Below, piece after piece: positions 7,893 to 17,528 of a stretch of 37,840 nt of DNA. The DNA comes from Candidatus Eiseniibacteriota bacterium (GTDB lineage Bacteria > Eisenbacteria > RBG-16-71-46 > JABDJR01 > JAWXBZ01), in assembly GCA_034440375.1 (NCBI GenBank), contig JAWXBZ010000215.1, forward strand, positions 1 to 37,840. The letters run 5' to 3'. A program made the translations under genes and the position numbers. The notes below the pieces were generated by a model. That model made no database searches, had not been told where the DNA came from, and was given only the letters and a program-made list of their open reading frames with translations. Position 1 is the stretch's first letter. Each line of letters starts with the position of its first letter.

Positions 7893-9056
7893 ATGAACTG
7901 GCCCCGACTCCCTTCATATCCTGCGACGAACCCCCTCACCCGGCGTCGTCTCGAACTGGAGCGTGACGGGCGGAGGCTGCTCGATCTCGTTGTCTCCAAC
8001 CCAACCCGGGTTGGCCTCCCCCTCCCGACCAATGAGGTTCTGGCTGAACTGGCCGGTTGTGCCACGCGTCCGTACGACCCCAATCCACGAGGCTCGGAAC
8101 AGGCCCGCGCCGCAGTGGCGGCCTACTACGCCGACCACGGAGCCCGCGTCGACCCGGACCGGATCATTCTGACCGCCAGCACCAGCGAGGCCTACGCACA
8201 CGCGATGCGCCTCCTTGCCGCGCCGGGCGAGGTCTTTCTTGTCCCATCGCCATCCTACCCGCTTCTGGCGCCGCTGGCGGCGCTGGAGGGCGTCACTCTC
8301 CGGACCTACACCCTTCACTACGATGATCGGTGGTGGCTTGATCGGGCGTCGTTCGAGGAAGCCCTGGCCACGGGGGATGTGCGCGGCGTGATCCTCGTTC
8401 AGCCGAACAATCCAACCGGCTCCGTGTTCGATGCGGACGAGATGGAGTTCGCGGCGAGGCTGGCGGCCCGAGTCGGAGCCACACTGGTGGTCGACGAGGT
8501 GTTCCTCGACTTTCCGGCGCCGGACGTGGTGCTCCCCACGATGGCCGGACGGAACGATTGGCCGCTGCTGGTACTTTCGGGACTCTCCAAGGTTGCGGGT
8601 TTGCCGCAGATGAAACTGGGATGGATGGTCATCGGCGGGCCACCGACCGAGGCTGTTGCCATGCGCCGGGGCCTCGAATGGATCGCCGATGCGTTCCTTT
8701 CGGTCGGAGCGCCGGTGCAGTCCGCGCTGCCGGGATTCCTGTCGGGGCGGCATGAGTTTCTGGCCGCGGCCCGCCGCCGGCTGAACGTGAACGAGGCGTG
8801 GCTGGACCGGCAACTGGCAGGGACGGCCGTCACCCGCCGGCGGCGGGATGGAGGATGGAGCGTTGTACTCAAGCTGCCGGCACGGCGTCGCGATGACGAC
8901 TGGTGTCTCGCGCTGCTCGACGCTGGAGTCGTGGCGCATCCCGGTCACTTCTACGACACCGCGGAGGAATCCCTCATCGTCCTGTCGCTGCTCACGCCGG
9001 AAAACGAATGGGCCGACGGCCTCGAGCGACTGCTCGGTACCGTCGGCCCAGGTTGA
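7893..9056 (+). CDS. PLP-dependent aminotransferase class I/II
   Basis: SNPT, TASTSEAY, PSYP, PNNPTG, VDEVF, SGLSKVAGLPQMKLGW (PLP lysine). Confidence 0.9.
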   Translation: MNWPRLPSYPATNPLTRRRLELERDGRRLLDLVVSNPTRVGLPLPTNEVLAELAGCATRPYDPNPRGSEQARAAVAAYYADHGARVDPDRIILTASTSEAYAHAMRLLAAPGEVFLVPSPSYPLLAPLAALEGVTLRTYTLHYDDRWWLDRASFEEALATGDVRGVILVQPNNPTGSVFDADEMEFAARLAARVGATLVVDEVFLDFPAPDVVLPTMAGRNDWPLLVLSGLSKVAGLPQMKLGWMVIGGPPTEAVAMRRGLEWIADAFLSVGAPVQSALPGFLSGRHEFLAAARRRLNVNEAWLDRQLAGTAVTRRRRDGGWSVVLKLPARRRDDDWCLALLDAGVVAHPGHFYDTAEESLIVLSLLTPENEWADGLERLLGTVGPG

Positions 9057-9077
9057 GCCGGTTGTCGACGCGAACCG

Positions 9078-9930
9078 CTAACGCGTCATCGACAGGTCCT
9101 GCTTCTTGTATCCATCGCCGATCTCGAAGACCGACTTGTCGATCTTTCCACGTTTCAACGATTGGAGCGTCATCTCGCTCCTGATGGCATCTCCGTCGAG
9201 ATCCTTGACGTAGACGGGGACGCCCTCCATCCCGCGGACAAGTCCCGTCGGCAGGGACAGGTCCAGCCCGATGGACTTCGTCATCGAACTCATCGAATCG
9301 AGGAGGAGGGTAATCAGGTTGATCATGCCCGTCATGGACATCATTTCCGCCGACGTTGCCGTGGTGTCCGCGGCCGGCGTCAACCAGGCTTCGGCGCTTT
9401 TCGCACCACCCCGGATCACGTCATGCTTCTGGCACTTGAAGCCCTGGAGCATCTTCGTTTCGGACAACATCAAGACTTCAATTTCAGTCGACCGGGCCGA
9501 TGCGCCGTCCCCCTTCACGCCCATTTTCTTCATCTGGGCGTCCATCATGGCTTTCTGCTCGGGAGTCAGGGAACCCATCACCGTCGCCATCTGTCCGGAC
9601 ATGGCATCCAGGCTCCCCGCCATCTCCCTCAACTCGTCCCCGGTCATCTCGATATAACTCTTCTTAGCGTCACTGATCATCGCCAGCCGATCGCCCTTCG
9701 CCAGTAGATGACCCGCGCCGGCCTGGCCCCACCCGATTTCAGGGTGACCTTGCCGTCGGCCAGCCACATCGTGGCGGTGGATGACTCCCTGGCGGGGAGC
9801 TTCGTTTCGATGGTGTACTCGAGCGTGGCATCGGCGGCGGACGGCGCCGGCAACAGGATCGCGAGGATGGTCGTCGCGAATAGGATGGCCGGAAGCTGAG
9901 CCCGTGCGATCCGCCCGGCCCAACCGTTGA

Positions 9931-9934
<4 letters not shown>
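9078..9934 (-). pseudogene. Secreted DUF4412-like protein split by a 1-nt frameshift near 9703 (pseudogene or sequencing error)
   Basis: GTG 9934 overlaps the sodA stop. Signal peptide to ARVIY is in one frame; LAKGDRLAMISDAKKSYIEM...GFKCQKH...VFEIGDGYKK is in another. One added base gives 285 aa. Confidence 0.75.
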
Positions 9935-10536
<602 letters not shown>

Positions 10537-10639
10537 GGTCAATCCTCCTGTGGCCATCCCGGCGGGACGGCCCATCATGCGGTCCAGTGTGCAATCCGTT
10601 CGCGTGCCAAAGTATCGTGGGGCAGTATATCATCCGGCC

Positions 10640-11563
10640 ATGAGCCACGACCGTACCGCCGGCCCCGTCCGGACCGTCCATCTCCTCGGCATGCCGCAGG
10701 ACTATGGCCAGACGCTTCGCGGTGTCGACATGGGGCCGAGCGCCATGCGCGTGGCCGGGCTCGAGGAGCGACTTGAAAGGATCGGCGTCCATGTCGTGGA
10801 TCACGGCGATGTCGACTGTCCGGTCATGGCCACGCAGAGCGAGGGTGAGCCGAAGCTGCGCTTCCTGCCGGCGGTGGTAGACGGTTCAAAACTCCTCGCC
10901 GCCGAGGTGCACCGCGTGGCCGGGGAGGGGGGCTTCCCGCTGATCCTGGGCGGCGATCATTCCATATCGATCGGTACGCTGTCGGGTCTTGGCCAGGTGG
11001 AACGGCGCCAGGGGCTCATCTGGATGGATGCCCACGGCGATTTCAACACGCCGGAAACAACGCCGAGCGGCAACATTCACGGCATGGCGCTGGCCGTGGC
11101 GCTGGGACATGGGGACCCGCGGCTTACCTCGATCGGCGGCGCCTTTCCCAAGGCGCTCGAGGAAAACACGGTGCTCGTCGGCGTGCGTGACCTCGACCGC
11201 GCCGAGCGCGACATCCTGAAATCGACACGGGTGACCGTGTTCACGATGCGCGACATCGACGAAATCGGCATGAGAGCCGTGATGGAGCGGGCCATCGCCA
11301 TCGCCGGGAGCGGCGTCAAGCGGGTCCACCTGTCGTTCGACATCGACTTCCTGACGCCGGACGAAGCTCCCGGCGTCGGCACGCCGGTGGCCGGCGGTGC
11401 CACCTTCCGCGAAGCTCACCTGGCGCTGGAGATGCTCGCCGACAGCGGCATCCTGACCTCGATGGAATTCGTCGAGGTGAATCCGACTCTCGACCTGCGC
11501 AATCAGACCAGCGAACTGGCGGTCGGGCTCGTGGCCAGCGCGCTCGGGCAGCGGATTTACTAG
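10640..11563 (+). CDS. rocF: Arginase
   Basis: GVDMGPSAMR, GGDHS, DAHGDFNT, SGNIHGM, SFDID, GTPVAGG, VEVNP. Confidence 0.93.
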   Translation: MSHDRTAGPVRTVHLLGMPQDYGQTLRGVDMGPSAMRVAGLEERLERIGVHVVDHGDVDCPVMATQSEGEPKLRFLPAVVDGSKLLAAEVHRVAGEGGFPLILGGDHSISIGTLSGLGQVERRQGLIWMDAHGDFNTPETTPSGNIHGMALAVALGHGDPRLTSIGGAFPKALEENTVLVGVRDLDRAERDILKSTRVTVFTMRDIDEIGMRAVMERAIAIAGSGVKRVHLSFDIDFLTPDEAPGVGTPVAGGATFREAHLALEMLADSGILTSMEFVEVNPTLDLRNQTSELAVGLVASALGQRIY

Positions 11564-11594
11564 CGGTCGTCCGGACGTAGCGGGAAGCCCGGGC

Positions 11595-12359
11595 TCAGAA
11601 CTTCTCTTTCAGCCGCGCGTACCCCGAGCGGCTCATCGGCAGTTCGCGGCCGTCTTTCAGAATGGCCACGCGGCTATCCTTGCCGACCAGCTCCACCTTG
11701 CCCAGGCGGTCCAGGTTGAGCAGGCAGGAGCGGTGAATCTGGATGAAGCGCGTCGGGTCCAGGTCCGCGGCCAGGCGGGCCAGGGTGGTCGTCTTGAGCC
11801 AGGTCTTGCCGACGGCGTGGATGGCCACGTAATCATCCTGGGCCTCGAGGTAGTCGATCTGGGCGGCCGGAATGACGTGAACGCTGACGCCGTCGCGGAT
11901 CAGGATCCGTTCCTGGAATCGCCCGGCCGGCCGCGCCGAACGAACCAGATCGTCGGTCTCGGCCGCCGACAGCATGGCCCCGGACTCGCCCGGATCGGCA
12001 CGACGCGCTCGAAACCGTTCCAGCGCCTGCAGCAGGCGCTCCCGGCCCACCGGCTTCAGCAGGTAGTCCACGGCGTGGGCCTCGAAGGCCTTCACGGCAT
12101 ACTCGTCGTGCGCCGTGCAAAAGATCACCGCCGGAGCCGGTGACAGGAGTTCGAGCACCTCGAACCCGTTCAATTTCGGCATCTGAATGTCGAGGAACAC
12201 CAGGTCGGGCTTGAGCGTGGTCACCGCCTTCACGGCCTCGAATCCGTTCGCGCACTCACCGACCAGGGCAACCGAGCGGTCCGATTCGAGGTACTCGCGC
12301 AGGAGGGCCCGTGCCGGTTCCTCATCGTCGACCAGGATCAGGCGGATGCGATCGTTCAT
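11595..12359 (-). CDS. LytTR/AlgR-family response regulator
   Basis: Receiver motifs VDDE, LDIQMP, DYLLKP; LytTR motifs EAQDDYV, FIQIHRS, MSR. Confidence 0.95.
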   Translation of the reverse strand: MNDRIRLILVDDEEPARALLREYLESDRSVALVGECANGFEAVKAVTTLKPDLVFLDIQMPKLNGFEVLELLSPAPAVIFCTAHDEYAVKAFEAHAVDYLLKPVGRERLLQALERFRARRADPGESGAMLSAAETDDLVRSARPAGRFQERILIRDGVSVHVIPAAQIDYLEAQDDYVAIHAVGKTWLKTTTLARLAADLDPTRFIQIHRSCLLNLDRLGKVELVGKDSRVAILKDGRELPMSRSGYARLKEKF

Positions 12360-13465
12360 GACGCGGTCGTCCGGACAGGTGGAACGGCCATTTCGATGGG
12401 CGGAACGGCCATCTGAATGGGAAGAATCAGGTGCGCCTCGAAGTGGTCCGGGCGTCGGCGGATCTCGAGCGAGCCGCGACCGGCGCCGATCGCCTTGAGG
12501 CGCCGTCGCACATTGTCGAGGCCAACTCCCTCGCCGGGGGTGGGGGCCGACTCGTCATCGACCGGGTTGGACACCATGAGATGCATCAGATCCCCCTCGC
12601 GCCGGACGACCAGCCCGATCCGGCCCCCGTCGAGCCGCGCGGCCACGCCATGCTTGACGGCGTTCTCGATCAACGGTTGGAGCAGGAGTGGCGGCACCTC
12701 TGCACCGCCCAGTTCATCCGGTACATCCAGGTCGAACGACAATCGCTCGCCGAAGCGCACCGATTCAATCTCCAGGTAGTGCCGGACCAGGTCGAGTTCC
12801 TCATCCAGCGAAACCCGCTCACGGGCGCCGAGATTCAGCGTTCGGCGAAGAAAATCGCCCAGCCCCTGGCACATCCGGCGGGCCTCCTCCGGGCTTCGGC
12901 CAACCAGTGACATGATCGAGTTCAGGCTGTTGAAAAGGAAGTGCGGGTTCAACTGCGAGCGGAGCGCCTTGAGTTCGGCCTCGCGGGCCGACACCTGTGA
13001 TTCGAGCGCGCGCCGTTCCGCCTCCACCGCCTTCAACGAGATGAAAAATGCCAGGTGGAGCGCGGCCGACAGCCAGTAGATGCCAAGGCCGGCCAGGAAG
13101 ATCAACGTGAGATCCTTCCGCCGCACCGTCGCGTCGATCAGGAGCGGCAGCCGGGAGTCGAGGAAGGAGTAGAGCATCCGGCCGGCGATCGTCCAGAGCC
13201 CGGCCGTCACCAGGGCCGCCATCACGATCCGAAAGAGGAATCCTGTCGTGAGCAGATTTTCCGGGCGTTCGCCACGGAGTATCCACCAGTTCGAGGTGGT
13301 AGCCGACGCGTAAAGCAGCGTCAGCGGCCCGACGAAGATGGCCAGTGCCCAGACTGGCCGCGGTTCAACCAGGTACATGACCGCGGCCAGGGCGAGAGCC
13401 ACTGGCACCCATGCCAGCACGTACAGCAGGGTTCGGGTCGGCGTGGCGAAAAGTGGGTACATCAT
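12356..13465 (-). CDS. LytS/YehU-type sensor histidine kinase
   Basis: Four N-terminal TM helices; ELKALRSQLNPHFLFNSLN, LQPLIENAVKHG, GVGLDNVRRRL. Confidence 0.93.
   Translation of the reverse strand: MMYPLFATPTRTLLYVLAWVPVALALAAVMYLVEPRPVWALAIFVGPLTLLYASATTSNWWILRGERPENLLTTGFLFRIVMAALVTAGLWTIAGRMLYSFLDSRLPLLIDATVRRKDLTLIFLAGLGIYWLSAALHLAFFISLKAVEAERRALESQVSAREAELKALRSQLNPHFLFNSLNSIMSLVGRSPEEARRMCQGLGDFLRRTLNLGARERVSLDEELDLVRHYLEIESVRFGERLSFDLDVPDELGGAEVPPLLLQPLIENAVKHGVAARLDGGRIGLVVRREGDLMHLMVSNPVDDESAPTPGEGVGLDNVRRRLKAIGAGRGSLEIRRRPDHFEAHLILPIQMAVPPIEMAVPPVRTTAS
12381..12422. repeat. 21-bp tandem duplication at the 3' end of the kinase gene
   Basis: GGAACGGCCATTTCGATGGGC / GGAACGGCCATCTGAATGGGA, 17 of 21 identical; encodes IQMAVPP-IEMAVPP. 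Confidence 0.8.
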
Positions 13466-13466
13466 C

Positions 13467-14165
13467 CTACGGGCCGAGGCGATCCTTGATCTCGAGGCCA
13501 CCCATCACGACGAGGCCCCGAACCACGAGCGTCGGTCCGTTCGAGTCAACCGGCACCGGGCTCCGCGTGTCGTGGATGCCGCCGAGGAGGGCGGTCACTT
13601 TCATGTCGAGTCGCCACCCCGGTGGCACCGCCAGGTCGATACCACCCCAGAAGGCGAGGATATCAAGGGCACCGCCCGGCTCAACGCCTCGGGCGCTGGT
13701 CAGATCGTAGTCGACGCCGCCCATGACCGCGGTGGCGGCGCCACCCTGAAACGTATCGGCCGGCTCACGGTGCACGACGCCGCCCATGAAGGCCATGCTC
13801 CCCGCGCCGGGGCCAACTGCGCCGATCGGTCCGCCCATCCAGCCCATCGACCGGGCCACCAGGATTCCCCCGAGCGACATGATGACGACCGGCCAGAAGA
13901 GCCGCATGGACATGTTCAGGACGCCGACGGTGTCGAGCGTGAAACCCAGGCCGAAGCCGGCAAGCAGGAGGCCGGCCACGGGCGCCCGTTGCATGCCGAG
14001 GCCGAAGAGCTTGAGGCCGCCGAGAACCACGAGGCCCAGCGGCCACCAGCGGATGATCTCGTCCGTCTCCACCAGGTTCATGCTGTCGAGCGTCCAGAGC
14101 AGTCCGACGAACAGGATCGTGGCGCCGATGATCAATTGTCCAAGCGGGGAACGATCGCGGCTCAT
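13467..14165 (-). CDS. LiaF-like membrane protein (N-terminal TM domain plus C-terminal beta-rich domain)
   Basis: WWPLGLVVLG and FWPVVIMSLG repeats; AFMGG, AVMGGVDYDL, FWGGIDLAVPPGW, LVVRGLVVMGGLEIK. Confidence 0.85.
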   Translation of the reverse strand: MSRDRSPLGQLIIGATILFVGLLWTLDSMNLVETDEIIRWWPLGLVVLGGLKLFGLGMQRAPVAGLLLAGFGLGFTLDTVGVLNMSMRLFWPVVIMSLGGILVARSMGWMGGPIGAVGPGAGSMAFMGGVVHREPADTFQGGAATAVMGGVDYDLTSARGVEPGGALDILAFWGGIDLAVPPGWRLDMKVTALLGGIHDTRSPVPVDSNGPTLVVRGLVVMGGLEIKDRLGP

Positions 14166-14359
14166 AGAGTCACCGGCCCGGTCAGGACCAGGATGGTCAC
14201 CCGTGTCAGCGCCCGAAAGACAACCACCAGGTCGGGCGAGGAGAGATGCGTCAGCGTCAGAACCAGGAGCAGATTCTGCAGCACGAGAGCCATGATGACC
14301 GCGAGACCGATCGGAAGCACCGTCTCCTCCCCCACCTGTTCACCAAAGAGCCGCTTCAC
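14162..14359 (-). CDS. Small hydrophobic protein (65 aa)
   Basis: 4-nt overlaps with both neighbours (GTGA and ATGA), SD GGAGG, hydrophobic helix. Confidence 0.6.
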   Translation of the reverse strand: MKRLFGEQVGEETVLPIGLAVIMALVLQNLLLVLTLTHLSSPDLVVVFRALTRVTILVLTGPVTL

Positions 14360-14727
14360 GAGGCACCTCCCGTGGGGGCCTGGTCGTTTCGCCCCCGCCG
14401 CCCCACGACGGCATCGACGATGAATCCGAGGCCGATGATCAGGACCACGAGCGGTGCGAAGTGCCTCATCCGGAGTCCCACCAGACCATAGTTGATTCCC
14501 AGGAACAGGAACCCCATTCCCACGAGAAGGATGCCCGAGAAGAGGGCGCGGCGCCCGTTGTTGACCAGTGAGTGGATCCCCGTGATGATCATGAAAACCG
14601 GCCAGAGCTGCCAGAAATTGCCGAAGTGAAAATGCTGATTCAGGAGCATGATGGCACCCACTGTCAGAAGCAGGAGGCCGACGAAGATTCCACCGCCTGG
14701 TCCCGGTCGATCGGATTTGTTTGACAT
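14356..14727 (-). CDS. LiaF/LiaI-like transmembrane-only protein
   Basis: Four TM helices; FWQLWPVFMIITG, FAPLVVLIIGLG; SD GGAGG. Confidence 0.8.
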   Translation of the reverse strand: MSNKSDRPGPGGGIFVGLLLLTVGAIMLLNQHFHFGNFWQLWPVFMIITGIHSLVNNGRRALFSGILLVGMGFLFLGINYGLVGLRMRHFAPLVVLIIGLGFIVDAVVGRRGRNDQAPTGGAS

Positions 14728-14799
14728 CGCTACCTCCGGTGCGTCGAATTGTGCTGACGAGAGGAGATTACGCAGGTCCGGCCGGGCGGCCCAATGGTC

Positions 14800-14831
14800 G
14801 TCGGTGAACGGTGGTCCTCTGTCGGTGAACG
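14800..14831 (-). promoter_or_regulatory. LytTR-type direct-repeat operator
   Basis: GTCGGTGAACG at 14800-14810 and 14821-14831 (period 21), read CGTTCACCGAC on the coding strand. A -10-like TAATCT lies at 14765-14770. Confidence 0.7.
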
Positions 14832-14863
14832 ACCGCGTCGGCCGGTCGGAGTGGCCCGACGGC

Positions 14864-15340
14864 TCACTCCAGGTCGGGCAGCGGCACCTTGTGCAGGTCG
14901 GGCGGCGTCCGGCCGGCGGCTCGGAAGATGACGCCGAGCTGACCCCGGTGGTGAGTTTCGTGGAACAGGAGCTCCAGGCAGAGGTCGGCGCCGGTGGTTT
15001 CCCGGCCGAACATGGTCAGGGGTCGGTTGAATTCCTCATCGGTGAGCCCTCGCAGTTCATCGCGCAGGCGTCGATACGAATGGAGGGCATGACCGGCGGC
15101 GGCGGCGCCATCCGTGAACGCAAGGTCCACCTTGAAGTGAGCGAAGTTTCCGTCACCATGCACCGCGGCCATCCGGAGCCACTCGTGGCAGCCGATGACG
15201 TGGAGGGCCAGCTCACGGGCGGACATCATGCCGGGAGCCGGACAAAGGTCCAGTTCCTCCGCATGAAGCGCGCCAAGATACAGCCGCGTTCGGGCGCATT
15301 CCAACTCCAGGTGTCGCAGGAACTGCGCTCGGGACAGCAT
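14864..15340 (-). CDS. DinB/YfiT-family protein
   Basis: RELALHV and FHETHHRGQL His triad. Alternative start at 15355. Confidence 0.85.
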   Translation of the reverse strand: MLSRAQFLRHLELECARTRLYLGALHAEELDLCPAPGMMSARELALHVIGCHEWLRMAAVHGDGNFAHFKVDLAFTDGAAAAGHALHSYRRLRDELRGLTDEEFNRPLTMFGRETTGADLCLELLFHETHHRGQLGVIFRAAGRTPPDLHKVPLPDLE

Positions 15341-15525
15341 GGCCGGCTTCTCCATGATCGAACGAAACGGGTCTCCGACAGAACGGGAGGCAGCAATTGC
15401 AATTTCAGCCGATGGGCGGATATCTTAGGTTCGTCATCTGAATCCGGCAACCGGGCGGACCATCCAACGGGTGGCCCGGTCGGAACCAAGGGCCAATCGC
15501 GCCCGCTTGAGGATTGTATCCGACA

Positions 15526-15879
15526 ATGAATGACTCCGCTGCCGGGATCCCCGCCCTCGAACCAGGCGGGATCGACGACATGATCGCCCGGACGCCCGGG
15601 CTCTTCGTGCTCGATTTCTGGGCCCCATGGTGCGCCCCGTGCCGCGTGCTGCTGACGCTGCTCACGGAACTCGCCCCCGAGTTTGTCGGCCGGGTCACGA
15701 TGGCCAAGTTCAACGTGGACCTCGATCCAGCCCTGTCGGTCGCCATGGGTATCCGGGGCGTTCCAACCCTCATCTTTTACCGCAGCGGCGTCGAGGTGGA
15801 ACGCCTGGTCGGCACGGAGTCGCCGGCCGCGCTGCGTCGGCGGCTCGAGCGCCTCGTCGGTGAGGCCAAGGCGGACTAG
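15526..15879 (+). CDS. Thioredoxin
   Basis: DFWAPWCAPCR, NVD, IRGVPTL. Confidence 0.9.
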   Translation: MNDSAAGIPALEPGGIDDMIARTPGLFVLDFWAPWCAPCRVLLTLLTELAPEFVGRVTMAKFNVDLDPALSVAMGIRGVPTLIFYRSGVEVERLVGTESPAALRRRLERLVGEAKAD

Positions 15880-17528
15880 CCCGCCTCCCATTCCATTCGG
15901 GCGATCTTGTGACCGGCGCGGAGCGCCCCCAGGGCGCCGATCCCGGTCCCGACGAGAAGCACCAGGAGCGCCACTCCCGGCGAGGGAAAGCCGGTCAGGA
16001 GTGGGCTCGAACTCCAGACGGCGGCCTGCGAAAGGAAGACCATCCCTCCGGTGATCAGGCCGACACCCAGCCCCCAGATGATCTGCGCCCCGGGCGAAAT
16101 CATCCGGCGGGGGTGATCCCATTCGAAGTTGGCGAAACTGACGCCGGTCCAGGTTCCGAACCCGGCGCCCAGTAGCGCGGCACCCAGGGCGATGAGTCCG
16201 CCCGTGAACGCCTCATGAAAACTCCGGTGAAACGCAAGCATCAGGAGAACCGCCTGGCCCACGACCACCGGCAGGGTCAGGCAGGTGGCCGTCAGCCACT
16301 TGATGACCGCCAGATTCTGCGGTGATACCGGAGCCGCCAGGAGCCGCCAGGCCGAGCGTCCCTCCATCGGGATCAGCATGATGCCGGCCTGGCTGCCGAC
16401 GACCACCGCGGCGCCGAGTGCGCACGAGAGTGCGGTGAGAGGCGCCATCACGGCTCCCTCCGACGAACTGGTGGCCAATGTCATGAACGGGAAGAGGCAC
16501 ATCAGGATGCCGAGGCTGTACAGCTGGAACGACAGCCGGAAATCGCGGGCCACGATCGTCAGGTCCTTCCAGAGAAGCGGACGCCAGTCTCGCGGCACGA
16601 GATTTAGCAGAAATGTGAAGCGCTCGGACCGGACCTGCCGGCTTGTCGCCACGCTGGCCAGCCGGATCCAGCCATCGCGATAGGAGTGCGCGGCCAATCG
16701 AATCGACACAGCCACGAGGAGGGCCGCCACTCCGGCCAGCACCAGGAGGCGCGAAAGCGCCGCTCCCCAGTGCCCGCGAAGGGCTTCCACCTGTGCCGCT
16801 GCGGCCCAGGTCGAGGGCCACAGGAGCGCCGCCGGCGACTGGAAGACACGTAGAAGATCGATCCCATGATTCATCAGCCGATCCAGCTCCGCGGCCGAGC
16901 GAATCCTGGATGGGGCCAACTGCGGCAACGACCAGAGGAACAGCGCCAGTCCGAATCCGAGAATCGAGAAGAGGGCCCGCAACCGTTGCGTCGATACCCA
17001 GCGGGCCAATGGAATGCCGATGAGGTAGGTCAGCGCCACCGGGATGGCAAGAAATGAGATCTGGGCCACCGCGAAGAGGGCATACCAGGCCGGCCCGACC
17101 TTCGAAACAGCCCCGACCGCGATGACGGCCGGCATCGACAGGAAGAGGTTCAAGAGCAGATTCGACCACATCCCAACGGCGAAGCGCGAGCCGAGCACGA
17201 CCCGTGGATCGACGGGGGTGGCCATCAGAAACTCGAGGTCGCGCGAAAAGAAAACCACGTGGAGCAGAAAGCCAAGGTTGAAAAAGATGACCATCGCCAG
17301 GGCCCCGAGCCAGGCCGAGTAGAGCGTGAGGTCGAGAAGCCAGGTGGCTTCCGGCGTCCGGCGGATCGCCTCGCCCAGCGCCAGGTAAATGACGGCGCCG
17401 AGCATCGCCAGCCAGAACAGGCCAACCGTCGTCAGCAGAATTCGCTGCCCCACGCGCGCGCGCCGGCCGCGGACCATCCCGGCCCAGGCAATCTTGAGCT
17501 GCCAGCCGAGGAGACTGAGTAGTGTCAC
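15876..17528 (-). CDS. ABC-2-type exporter permease
   Basis: Many TM helices; FFSRDLEFLMATPV, LLWKDL, EG...LLAAPV, FEWDHP. GTGA overlap with the ATPase. Confidence 0.85.
   Translation of the reverse strand: MTLLSLLGWQLKIAWAGMVRGRRARVGQRILLTTVGLFWLAMLGAVIYLALGEAIRRTPEATWLLDLTLYSAWLGALAMVIFFNLGFLLHVVFFSRDLEFLMATPVDPRVVLGSRFAVGMWSNLLLNLFLSMPAVIAVGAVSKVGPAWYALFAVAQISFLAIPVALTYLIGIPLARWVSTQRLRALFSILGFGLALFLWSLPQLAPSRIRSAAELDRLMNHGIDLLRVFQSPAALLWPSTWAAAAQVEALRGHWGAALSRLLVLAGVAALLVAVSIRLAAHSYRDGWIRLASVATSRQVRSERFTFLLNLVPRDWRPLLWKDLTIVARDFRLSFQLYSLGILMCLFPFMTLATSSSEGAVMAPLTALSCALGAAVVVGSQAGIMLIPMEGRSAWRLLAAPVSPQNLAVIKWLTATCLTLPVVVGQAVLLMLAFHRSFHEAFTGGLIALGAALLGAGFGTWTGVSFANFEWDHPRRMISPGAQIIWGLGVGLITGGMVFLSQAAVWSSSPLLTGFPSPGVALLVLLVGTGIGALGALRAGHKIARMEWEAG

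Noticed and set aside
7893-9056. Aminotransferase as a serine palmitoyltransferase partner for the desaturase
   Set aside because: Motifs are class I (PNNPTG, DEVF), not the alpha-oxoamine synthase pattern (DEAH, GTFSK).
10590-10610. TGGCACG...TTGCA upstream of sodA as a sigma-54 promoter
   Set aside because: Spacer is 4 nt too long for the strict GG-N10-GC rule.
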